Both the position numbers and the translations under genes were made by a program. A stretch of DNA of 64,000 nt from Botryllus schlosseri (taxonomy: Eukaryota). Positions within the stretch are counted from its first letter, which is position 1. The number at the start of each line of letters is the position of its first letter. Below the pieces are notes generated by a model. That model saw only the letters and a list, made by a program, of their open reading frames with translations, was not told the origin of the DNA and searched no databases. Shown piece by piece: positions 26,801 through 39,225 of this stretch. Where the stretch lies: assembly GCA_051294905.1 (NCBI GenBank), contig CM119373.1, forward strand, positions 1,428,001-1,492,000, in the 5' to 3' direction.

Positions 26801-27379
26801 TTTTCGACATAAGATAAGCGTGAAATGTACAAATTTCTATGTTGCGCAAATACCACAAACTTTGCTTGCTTTCAGACCCGGCAACTAAATGCAAGACAGA
26901 ATTTACGCAAAAGTTGCTATTCTGAAAATTTTGTCAAGGTAATAGTTTAAAAGTTTACACTTGAGCACTACGAAATGTTCAAGTACTTTATCTTTACACG
27001 ACGTTTTTTGTAAAATGAATACCAATATTATTGAAAAAATAAAAAATAAAAAGAGCGAATAATTACATTTTATCCCGGAACGCAACAAGAAAAATCGTAT
27101 GAATTTGTAAACTAATAAACATTAATAATTCTACTTGTACACTTTTCCACACTTTATAACACTTTAAGTAGTACTTAACAGTTTCAGTTTTAAATAAAAT
27201 ACGGAATATAAACTAATCGAAAAATTCGGTTACCAATTTCGCGTAGGCAATGCATACAAATGAGGAAAGTTACATCAACGCGTGTTAACTAGTTGTATCG
27301 AGTTATCGAATGACTTTTTTTTCTTTACATCAAAATAACTAGAGTGTGTAACTACATTAAAAACGTATCTAAATGAGCT

Positions 27380-28540
27380 CCAGGTCATTGTGATTATGCA
27401 GCATACCAAATTTCATCACACATTTCATGATGGAACAACTTTAAAACTAACGCAGTTCTATAGCAACTTTTGCCTAAATCTGTTTTCGGTAGCATGTACA
27501 TATCCATAGTCAGCTTTAATAACAGAATTACCATGCTAATATGTGACTCCTCACCTTGAAACTTGGTACGTAGTTGTAGGACATTGTGATTATGCAGCAT
27601 ACCAAATTTCTTCACGCATTTCATAATGGAACAACTTTAAAACTAACGCGGCTCTACATCGACTTTTTGCGTACATCTGTTTTGCGGGAGCGTATAGCAC
27701 GTACCTATACATAGTCAACTTTAATAACGGAATTACCATGCTTAACATTGAATCCCAACTCTAAACTTGATTCGTAGTTGTAGGACATTGTGGCAATGCA
27801 CCATGCTAAATTTCATCGCACATCTAATGATGGATCACCTTTAAAACTAATGCAGTCGAATACCGACTTTTAAGCATATCTGTTTTGCGTGAACATAGCA
27901 TATACCTATGCATAGTCAATTTTAATAGCAGAATTACCGTGTTAAACATTGAATTCCCACCTTGAAAGTTGGTACGCGATTATAGGACACTATAACGATG
28001 CACCATACCAAATCCCATCACACATTTCATGATGGAACAACTTTAAAACTAACGCGGCTCTACATCGACTTTTTGCGTATATCTGTTTTGCGGGGGCGTA
28101 TAGCACGTACTCATACATAGCTAACTTTAATAACGGAATTACCATGCTTAACATTGAATCCCAACTCTAAACTTGATACGTAGTTGTAGGACATTATGGC
28201 AATGAACCATGCTAAATTTCATCACATATCTAATGATGGAACACCTTTGAAACTATCGCAGTCGAATACCGACTTTTACACATATCTGTTTTTCGTGAAC
28301 ATAGCATATACCCATACATAGTCAATTTTAATAACAGAATTAGCATGCTAAACCTTAAATTCTCACCTTGAACGTTGGTACCCAGTTGTAGGACATAATA
28401 ACAATGCACCATACCAAATTTCGTCAGGCATTTCATGATGTAACACTTTCAAAACCAACGCAGTTCTATACAGGCTTTTGGCTAAATCTGTTTTTCCGTA
28501 GCGTAGCACGTACCTATACATAGTCAACTTTAATATCAAT
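27380..28540 (+). repeat. ~203-bp satellite (alternating units, ~406-bp dimer) in element 2; mirrored at ~36330-40170 with an extra dimer
   Basis: Recurring ggacattgtg..gca..atac/atgc..aaattt units near 27382, 27580, 27783, 27986, 28189 and 28391. Confidence 0.85.
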
Positions 28541-31500
28541 ACATGTTTATCGTAAGTCCTACACAGTCATGATATCCGGCCGAGTTTGACTTTTAGAAAA
28601 CATTATACCGACATCGCGACATCTTACAAAATTGAAACCGCGGTGACTGCTTGAGAGACCTACCAGTGATATCGCGGTAATCTAGTTACTTCCACAAAAT
28701 AGTATGTATTCAACTTACTTTCCACAAATCTAACGCGCAAAACAATTTACTTTGCTAACGAAAAGTGCTGAGTCATCATATCATTATCCACCCAACAATA
28801 CACCTAAAACATACTATCGTACAAAATGGTCGCTAACCTCTTTGTGCACCAGCTGTAAATCTCACAAGCAACAAGTTTCAAGATTCCAGTTATTGAAAAA
28901 ATGTTAAAGTGTTTCTCCTGCGCCAAGTCGTTATGTTGACGAAAGCGTATATTGTAATATCATGATCGATTTGCATTCGTTGGTCACAAACTGTCACTAC
29001 TCTAAATAATTATTTTTCACTCAAACACAACAGCATACTTGTCGCCATTCGTTTGCATCAAGCACGAGTTCAATAAACTTACTTAATACGACATGAATTG
29101 GTATTTTTATGTTGTGTAAATAGGTAATAATTAATTTTAGTAACACTATACCAACATCATCGAGTTGTGCGAATAGATTTACATGTGGTGTTATGGTTTT
29201 AATCGAAGTACACTGCACGATCTAATGTAGAGTCATCTCTATTGTATAGCAACTCGGTAATCGAAATGCATGCATTAACATTTAAACAGCGATCGTGTTT
29301 CGTCACGCGAAAAATACGTTCACTACCGCGATACTCTGCACAGGGCGTGCAAATCCTTTTCACACTCGTAATAGTATACCAACGGCTACCTGCGACAACG
29401 TTTAACAATACCAACGACACTAAACATACGATACCTACCCAATCTGCAAATTGTTTCGATTTATTCTGTCCGTTTCAATTTAAGATAAGGAAGCCCATTT
29501 CACTCAATGTATCGATGCCTACGGTACTCTACAAAATTTTCTGATTAATTCTCCCTATGCTTATTTATCACAAGAAAGATGATTTGACACCTAAAGTACG
29601 AAATACTTTTACGCTTGAGCTAAGCCGCAGCGCCTGAAGTGGAATTTTACGGGGTATGTGGACTCATTTCGTAGGGCTCTATGCCATAGGAGCATACTTT
29701 ACGCTCCAATTCGATTCCCACACATTCCATATAATTACTAACAGAACCATTGAGTACCAGCCTTGACATTTTCCGTAGTACTAGATGGCATGTATACAAT
29801 TTCACGACATCCGACATTACGACGAAGACTATCAAAATATCGAAAGAAGCCCTCTATTCTTTTCTGAAATAATCAAGGTTTTATCAGGACTTCCCTTCAT
29901 ATAAACTCCAGCAGAATCACTAATAACCTCTCAAGTGTACTCAATTTACTCTAATTTGATACTCGTGTACCAAATCCCTATTTTCCGCAAGTATGATAGA
30001 GGCTATCGCTCGATACTCAACGATTCGTAATTTTGCTGGAATACAAGTACAATTAGTTTAAAGTAGTTTGAGGTTACGTTTGTATCACCTTGACAAGTGC
30101 TATTATCAAAAAATGCTTTTGCTAAACTCTTACCCTTTCACTAAACTTCTACACGGAATCTTGTAAAGTAGATAGAAAAGGAAAACTATTAACATAAGGT
30201 ATGTGAGAAGCACGCAAATTTCGATTGCATACAAATGCCACAAACTGCGCTAACTTCCAGAGTTGTTAAGTATAGAAGTACTCGTACGTCTTGAGAATAC
30301 CCAAGTAGGTTTTTTGCCTACATGTACCAAATACTCTCTAGTCCTTATGATATTGGAGTACATCAACTTCATGATAGCTACAGTATTAAACAGAAATAGA
30401 CCTAGAGTACTAACGTTTTTGTGCAGTGAGAGTTCGCAAATTATCGAAGTATTTTTGTTATTTTTATTGCGATAAGTCATTCTGCAGCGCAAAAATGCGT
30501 CGTAGGATATAGATGAAACTAGCACCACTCATCAAGACCGCTGATAACAGTACATTTCAACATTTAGTTGCAGTAAATTTCGAGTAAAGTACAAGAAGTG
30601 ATGATTTCCGAGTGAGTTAAAAAGTAAGTATTGCAGGTATAGTTTACCTGAAAACCGAATACTCTGAAATAGAAGTAGATGCAGTGTAAATAGTTAATCA
30701 CTTGATTAAGTATAGCGAAAGCAGATAAAACCTATACTTGAGTACTACAAAATACACGAGTACTTCGCTATCGACTCCCTCCACGTAATAAGTGACTACG
30801 GTTTAAGACTGCTTTTACCGATACTCGTCAGTTTCCGTTTTAGATAGAATTCGGAAACCAAATAATTTCATAAACATAAGCTAATTAAATGAATTTACTC
30901 GAATGTACTATGCCGCGCTGATAAGATTAATTATAATATACTTATCATGTTAGAGCGATTTTTCTAGCGTAGAAAATCTTTAAAATGTAGTAAGCAGGCC
31001 AAAATGAAGATATTCGTTGAGCTGAATAAACATAAAAAATACTCTAGACTACTTTATCGGTACTTTACAGTTTCAGTTTTAGATAAAATTTGTCCATTTC
31101 ACTCCTCGCTATCTAAACATGTTTAGAATATATTATTTGCGATGATACGAACCCGTAAAGTACTCAAGTAGCTTTTCGTTGGATATAGATGAAACTGACA
31201 CCACTCACCAAGACCACTGGCCCACCGACAAAAAGTACATTTCAACATTTTAGTAACAGTAAAGTCCTACTAAAGTACAAGAAGTCATGATTTCCGAGTG
31301 AGTTAAAAAGTAAGTATTGAAGGTATAGTTTGCTCGAAAACCGAAAAACTCTGAAATAGAAGTAGATGCAGTGTAAATAGTCAATCACTTCATTTAGTAT
31401 AGCGCAAGCAGGCCAAACCTATACTTGAGTACTCCAAAATATACAAGTACTCCCTCCACGTAAAAAAGCGACTAGGGTTTAGACTACTTTATCGGTACTT

Positions 31501-34485
31501 GACAGTTTCAGTTTTAGATCAAATTTGGTGAGACTTTAAATTTTGAAGTAGTTTGAGCTTACGTTTGTATCACCTTGACAAGTATCATTATCAGACATGA
31601 AAATGATACTATCACCTAATACAGAAGTTAACACACGTCAATGTGCTTCGGAATTCACGAGAAATTGCTTACTAAGAGAAGTATATTCTTGTATACACAA
31701 TAGTGGAGAGAATCTTTAAAATGTAGTAAGCAGGTCGATGGGTATTCATTGAGTTGTATAAGCATAAAAAACATTCCCGCGCGCTCCTAAACCTAACACT
31801 TCCTACCCTACCACCTTATACTAAGACGCGCGCGGGAATGTTTTTTATGCTTATACAACTCAATGAATACCCATCGACCTGCTTACTACATTTTAAAGAT
31901 TCTCTCTACTATTATGTATACAAGAATATACTTCTCTTAGTAAGCAATTTCTCGTGAATTCCGAAGCACATTGACGTGTGTTAACTTCTGTATTAGGTGA
32001 TATTATCATTTTCATGTCTGATAATGATACTTGTCAAGGTGATACAAACGTAAGCTCAAACTACTTTAAAATTTAAAGTCTCACCAAATTTGATCTAAAA
32101 CTGAAACTGTCAAGTACCGATAAAGTAGTCTAAACCCTAGTCGCTTTTTACGTGGAGGGAGTACTTGTATATTTTGGAGTACTCAAGTATAGGTTTGGCC
32201 TGCTTGCGCTATACTAAATGAAGTGATTGACTATTTACACTGCATCTACTTCTATTTCAGAGTTTTTCGGTTTTCGAGCAAACTATACCTTCAATACTTA
32301 CTTTTTAACTCACTCGGAAATCATGACTTCTTGTACTTTAGTAGGACTTTACTGTTACTAAAATGTTGAAATGTACTTTTTGTCGGTGGGCCAGTGGTCT
32401 TGGTGAGTGGTGTCAGTTTCATCTATATCCAACGAAAAGCTACTTGAGTACTTTACGGGTTCGTATCATCGCAAATAATATATTCTAAACATGTTTAGAT
32501 AGCGAGGAGTGAAATGGACAAATTTTATCTAAAACTGAAACTGTAAAGTACCGATAAAGTAGTCTAGAGTATTTTTTATGTTTATTCAGCTCAACGAATA
32601 TCTTCATATTGGCCTGCTTACTACATTTTAAAGATTTTCTACGCTAGAAAAATCGCTCTAACATGATAAGTATATTATAATTAATCTTATCAGCGCGGCA
32701 TAGTACATTCGAGTAAATTCATTTAATTAGCTTATGTTTATGAAATTATTTGGTTTCCGAATTCTATCTAAAACGGAAACTGACGAGTATCGGTAAAAGC
32801 AGTCTTAAACCGTAGTCACTTATTACGTGGAGGGAGTCGATAGCGAACTACTCGTGTATTTTGTAGTACTCAAGTATAGGTTTTATCTGCTTGCGCTATA
32901 CTTAATCAAGTGATTAACTATTTACACTGCATCTACTTCTATTTCAGAGTATTCGGTTTTCAGGTAAACTATACCTGCAATACTTACTTTTTAACTCACT
33001 CGGAAATCATCACTTCTTGTACTTTACTCGAAATTTACTGCAACTAAATGTTGAAATGTACTGTCATCAGCGGTCTTGATGAGTGGTGCTAGTTTCATCT
33101 ATATCCTTCGACGCATTTTTGCGCTGCAGAATGACTTATCGCAATAAAAATAACAAAAATACTTCGATAATTTGCGAACTCTCACTGCACAAAAACGTTA
33201 GTACTCTAGGTCTATTTCTGTTTAATACTGTAGCTATCATGAAGTTGATGTACTCCAATATCATAAGGACTAGAGAGTATTTGGTACATGTAGGCAAAAA
33301 ACCTACTTGGGTATTCTCAAGACGTACGAGTACTTCTATACTTAACAACTCTGGAAGTTAGCGCAGTTTGTGGAATTTGTATGCAATCGAAATTTGCGTG
33401 CTTCTCACATACCTTATGTTAATAGTTTTCCTTTTCTATCTACTTTACAAGATTCAGTGTAGAAGTTTAGTGAAAGTGTAAGAGTTTAGCAAAAGCATTT
33501 TTTGATAATAGCACTTGTCAAGGTGATACAAACGTAACCTCAAACTACTTTAAACTAATTGTACTTGTATTCCAGCAAAATTACGAATCGTTGAGTATCG
33601 AGCGATAGCCTCTATCATACTTGCGGAAAATAGGGATTTGGTACACGAGTATCAAATTAGAGTAAATTGAGTACACTTGAGAGGTTATTAGTGATTCTGC
33701 TGGAGTTTATATGAAGGGAAGTCCTGATAAAACCTTGATTATTTCAGAAAAGAATAGAGGGCTTCTTTCGATATTTTGATAGTCTTCGTCGTAATGTCGG
33801 ATGTCGTGAAATTGTATACATGCCATCTAGTACTACGGAAAATGTCAAGGCTGGTACTCAATGGTTCTGTTAGTAATTATATGGAATGTGTGGGAATCGA
33901 ATTGGAGCGTAAAGTATGCTCCTATGGCATAGAGCCCTACGAAATGAGTCCACATACCCCGTAAAATTCCACTCCAGGCGCTGCGGCTTAGCTCAAGCGT
34001 AAAAGTATTTCGTACTTTAGGTGTCAAATCATCTTTTTTGTGATAAATAAGCATAGGGAGAATTAATCAGAAAATTACCGTAGGCATCGATACATTGAGT
34101 GAAATGGGCTTCCTTATCTTAAATTGAAACGGACAGAATAAATCGAAACAATTTGCAGATTGGGTAGGTATCGTATGTTTAGTGTCGTTGGTATTGTTAA
34201 ACGTTGTCGCAGGTAGCCGTTGGTATACTATTACGAGTGTGAAAAGGATTTGCACGCCCTGTGCAGAGTATCGCGGTAGTGAACGTATTTTTCGCGTGAC
34301 GAAACACGATCGCTGTTTAAATGTTAATGCATGCATTTCGATTACCGAGTTGCTATACAATAGAGATGACTCTACATTAGATCGTGCAGTGTACTTCGAT
34401 TAAAACCATAACACCACATGTAAATCTATTCGCACAACTCGATGATGTTGGTATAGTGTTACTAAAATTAATTATTACCTATTTA

Positions 34486-35750
34486 CAGAGGTGGTCAAAG
34501 TAGTCAAGAAAACTACTCAAGTAGAAGTAGAAGTAGCGACGAAAAAATCTACTCAAGTACGAGTAGAAGTACTTTTTCAATAAGCCCCCTAAAACTACTT
34601 GAAGTAGAAGTAAAATTGACTGACGTTAAATCTACTTTTAAGTAAGTAAGTAGTTTTGAAAACAGTCATAATTCGTACGCATGGACTGTCAAAAGCTGCG
34701 AATTCAGCTATGCTGTAGGTGCAGAGAGCTTGATTCGTATTGATGCATTCCAGGAGGTATCAATTTTCGACAGCATAAGCATTGTTTCGCGCCATGGGAT
34801 GAAAATTATAGTATTGATATGAGAATGCAATACTAACCCTTTGTTTACTAGAAGACCCCGTTAGATATGGCACCCCACCCCATATTATAAGGCCCAAGTT
34901 CAGGCGAAGAGCAATACGTAGAAGTTGTATCGGATACGGTTTCATCACTTTTCGCGATTAGGAAATAACAAATATTGTGCATCGTAAAAGTTATATTTAG
35001 TGTATACCTTTTATTTCGGAAAATAGAGGCATTGCTACACTTGCTTTTAAGGTTCAACATGTTTGTTCTGCAGACAAAAGAACTGAAAATAATTAGAACT
35101 CAAAGTATGATACTCGCAATTGAAAGTGAAACACAAATACCACTTTTAAACAGCAGAAAATATATTTCATGTAATTTGTCCATAAAGCTTCAAAGGTGAT
35201 CTTCTGAAACAGGTGTAGCGTTAAACAGCTGGATATTCGAGATTAGCAAGACACGTAATGTGCTGCTAGATTACGATGTGATTGGTAACTGCTAGATTGC
35301 GAATCGGTAGTTTCAAACGTCATGATGGGCCATATTTACTGTGATGAAATATTTAATATGGGCGACAATGAGGTGTGAGAGGAACCAAGCAATCCGGTAC
35401 CTGAATTATATTCACTGATACTTTCATGAAAACATATTTGTCATTCCACCACTACTATGCGCGAATCACAACAAAATTATAGGATTTACTTGACTTTTAT
35501 GAAAATTGAATGTTGATACTCCGTGAAAACAGCCCCGAAATTCCTCAGGCTATCTTTCACATTAGGGGTAATAAACTACTTCTACTTGACAAACTGAAAA
35601 TAGCGAAAAGTAAGTAAGTAGATCACAAAATTTTACGAAGTAGAAGTAAAAGTAGAGAAAATCAGATCTACTTGAGTAAGTATCAGAAGTAGAGGAAAAC
35701 TACTTGAGTACTTCCAAAAAGTAGAAGTACTTCGTTACTGACCACCTCTG
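34486..35750. mobile_element. hAT (Tol2-like) MITE, in the right arm of element 2 only
   Basis: TIRs cagaggtggtca / tgaccacctctg; TSD cctattta; tactcaagta/agtagaagta subterminal repeats; empty site at 29117-29124. Confidence 0.93.
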
Positions 35751-36967
35751 CCTATTTACACAACATAAAAATACCAATTCATGTCGTAGTAAGTAAGTTT
35801 ATTGAACTCGTGCTTGATGAAAACGAATGGCGACAAGTATGCTGTTGTGTTTGAGTGAAAAATAATTATTTAGAGTAGTGACAGTTTGTGACCAACGAAT
35901 GCAAATCGATCATGATATTACAATATACGCTTTCGTCAACATAACGACTTGGCGCAGGAGAAACACTTTAACATTTTTTCAATAACTGGAATCTTGAAAC
36001 TTGTTGCTTGTGAGATTTACAGCTGGTGCACAAAGAGGTTAGCGACCATTTTGTACGATAGTATGTTTTAGGTGTATTGTTGGGTGGATAATGATATGAT
36101 GACTCAGTACTTTTCGTTAGCAAAGTAAATTGTTTTGCGCGTTAGATTTGTGGAAAGTAAGTTGAATACATACTATTTTGTGGAAGTAACTAGATTACCG
36201 CGATATCACTGGTAGGTCTCTCAAGCAGTCACCGCGGTTTCAATTTTGTAAGATGTCGCGATGTCGGTATAATGTTTTCTAAAAGTCAAACTCGGCCGGA
36301 TATCATGACTGTGTAGGACTTACGATAAACATGTATTGATATTAAAGTTGACTATGTATAGGTACGTGCTACGCTACGGAAAAACAGATTTAGCCAAAAG
36401 CCTGTATAGAACTGCGTTGGTTTTGAAAGTGTTACATCATGAAATGCCTGACGAAATTTGGTATGGTGCATTGTTATTATGTCCTACAACTGGGTACCAA
36501 CGTTCAAGGTGAGAATTTAAGGTTTAGCATGCTAATTCTGTTATTAAAATTGACTATGTATGGGTATATGCTATGTTCACGAAAAACAGATATGTGTAAA
36601 AGTCGGTATTCGACTGCGATAGTTTCAAAGGTGTTCCATCATTAGATATGTGATGAAATTTAGCATGGTTCATTGCCATAATGTCCTACAACTACGTATC
36701 AAGTTTAGAGTTGGGATTCAATGTTAAGCATGGTAATTCCGTTATTAAAGTTAGCTATGTATGAGTACGTGCTATACGCCCCCGCAAAACAGATATACGC
36801 AAAAAGTCGATGTAGAGCCGCGTTAGTTTTAAAGTTGTTCCATCATGAAATGTGTGATGGGATTTGGTATGGTGCATCGTTATAGTGTCCTATAATCGCG
36901 TACCAACTTTCAAGGTGGGAATTCAATGTTTAACACGGTAATTCTGCTATTAAAATTGACTATGCAT

Positions 36968-39225
36968 CAGACATGGGGTGATTACTTTATGAATGTAATC
37001 GATTGCGATTACGATTACTTCGGAATCACGCGATTACGATTACGATTACGATTACAGCAAAATCAGGAAGTAGTCGATTACGATTACGATTACATTGAAA
37101 AAGTAATCACGATTACTCACGATTACATTTGTTTTGCTTAGGACTATAATCTTAAATGATATATGGGAAGACAATACAAGGATTGTGATGAAAAGGCTTA
37201 ATGAGATATCAACTTTCTTCATACATCTTGCGTCATTTGCTTATTACGTCATAATATATCAATTGCCAACTTTATAGTGGATGATTTATCGCATCCAACG
37301 ATTTGCATTATTGCCAGGTCTTTACCTGCCGCACCCCAAATTCCTTAATAGAGTGGGGAGCGTGCTCAAACGGGACTCATAAGTATTTCGTAAACCAACA
37401 TAAATTATAGAGTATTTTCGAGAATTCAATTAATTCTTGTAAATGTTTTTCGAGCTTTGCGATTCAAATATTTCTAGTACAGGGGTCATCAACGCGGACC
37501 AAATGAGTCGCCCGCGGTCGCTGTAGTAGTGGTGGCTTTTGGGGTGGGCGAGGTGGGCGGTCGCCAGGGGGGGCTGGTCGAAGGGCTCCCCTATTTGGAT
37601 TATGCGCTTTTTTCAAGGATAATAACGGATAAACATGGAAATCCGTGTAAGGCAAGAATAGGATTCCGTACAGATGTGTCAATCAGCATCAAATCTCTGC
37701 ATTTGTTAGAAAAGTACCATATCCCGATAATCATCACGTCTCTGCATGTGGTAGAATTACTTAGTTTTAATGTCGTCTATCTTTGCACACATGAAAAAAT
37801 AGACATGGCCGAATCCAGCACCTGGCCAAACCTTGATAGATAGATAATAATAACAGATACGAAAGAGGGGTCTGGGGGGCGAAGCCCCCCATAAGTTACG
37901 GATAGATACTTATAGGGGCCCCGGTAAGTCTCGCTCAGCCCCCCCCCCGTTCGTATGGCCACCACTGCGCTGTAGCAATGCAATGTAATAACAATGCAAA
38001 TGTCACCCGGCGCATCCACAAATGAATAAAGCCATGACAATATGTGTGTGCGTTTCACAAAAGATATTCTTTTAGTCTGCTACGTTTGGGCGAGTATAAT
38101 ATCTTGTGATTATACAACGGACTGGAGGTCGCGAATTAACAAGATACAGTAATTATAACAACATACCCGATGCTATGAATATGAATTACGTGCCCCAGCT
38201 TTACAGGTAAATCTGACACTCGGGGCTCAGAGAGGTTATAAATGAATAGTAATATAATGCAATTACCATTATTATTGACGAAATTCACTTTTGAAAATTG
38301 ACCAACGGTTGGACAGGGGAATTGCTGTTTTGGCTGAATTGCTGATTCTAGCTACCTACAACCCACGCTAACATGTCAGGCTAAATAAGCGGATGGCTAT
38401 GGCGGCAGGTCCAAATGCTAAGTAACGAACTGTGAAATAACGATTGACGCCCGTTTCAAGTAGTTATATGAGAATAAGATATGGTTAACATAAAAATTCT
38501 GCCTTCAACTTAATACATATACAGCGAACTGATGTTACGAGAAACGGCTAAGCACGGCTCGGTTATGATATATATCAGCAGCTGTTTATTTGTAATGCTT
38601 CGTTGTGGAAACTGCAATGTCTTATTCGACGAGTACAGAATTCCGAATCTTCGTCAGGTGCACGTGCGTAAGTAGGCCTCCTGCTCGCCAAGCAGCAATG
38701 GTAAACTGCGTTTAACTAAGCATACAACCAAACATTAATACATAATAAGTTACTATTTGAAACTATAGGCAGAGTGGTGATCAATATCCTGCTGCGAGGT
38801 AGCGGCTTCTGTAGTGTATTGATAACCTGATATACACCACGGGAGGTATTCTTACAATCACACTACAATGTCCATCGCATGTCTGTTTACTATGTGTGGA
38901 TACTTGTTGCGCAATGACGAGCGGAGCTAATACTTCTGACGTAATAATGAGTCAGTGGCGTTTGAAAACAGACGTTTGTGCTATCGCTAACGTGGTATAT
39001 TATCTCATTCTTGTTCACGAATATTCAGTTTATATCATAGTCCTTGTACAAACAAAAAGTAATCGTTCTTTCACAAACTAATCGATTAGATATGGGAAGT
39101 AGTCGATTACGATTACGATTACTTCGGATTTTTTTCGAATGTAATCGATTGCGATTACGATTACTTCAAAATGCTGTAATCGTCGTAATCGATTACGATT
39201 ACTAATCGCGATTACCCCATGTCTG
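36968..39225. mobile_element. hAT MITE with (CGATTA)n subterminal repeats, in the right arm of element 2 only
   Basis: TIRs cagacatgggg / ccccatgtctg; TSD ctatgcat at 36960-36967 and 39226-39233. Confidence 0.93.
37527..37967. mobile_element. hAT MITE nested in 36968-39225
   Basis: TIRs tagtggtggc / gccaccactg; TSD cgctgtag. Confidence 0.85.

Noticed and set aside
36926..37141. RL/DY repeat ORF
   Set aside because: Translation of the (CGATTA)n MITE repeats.
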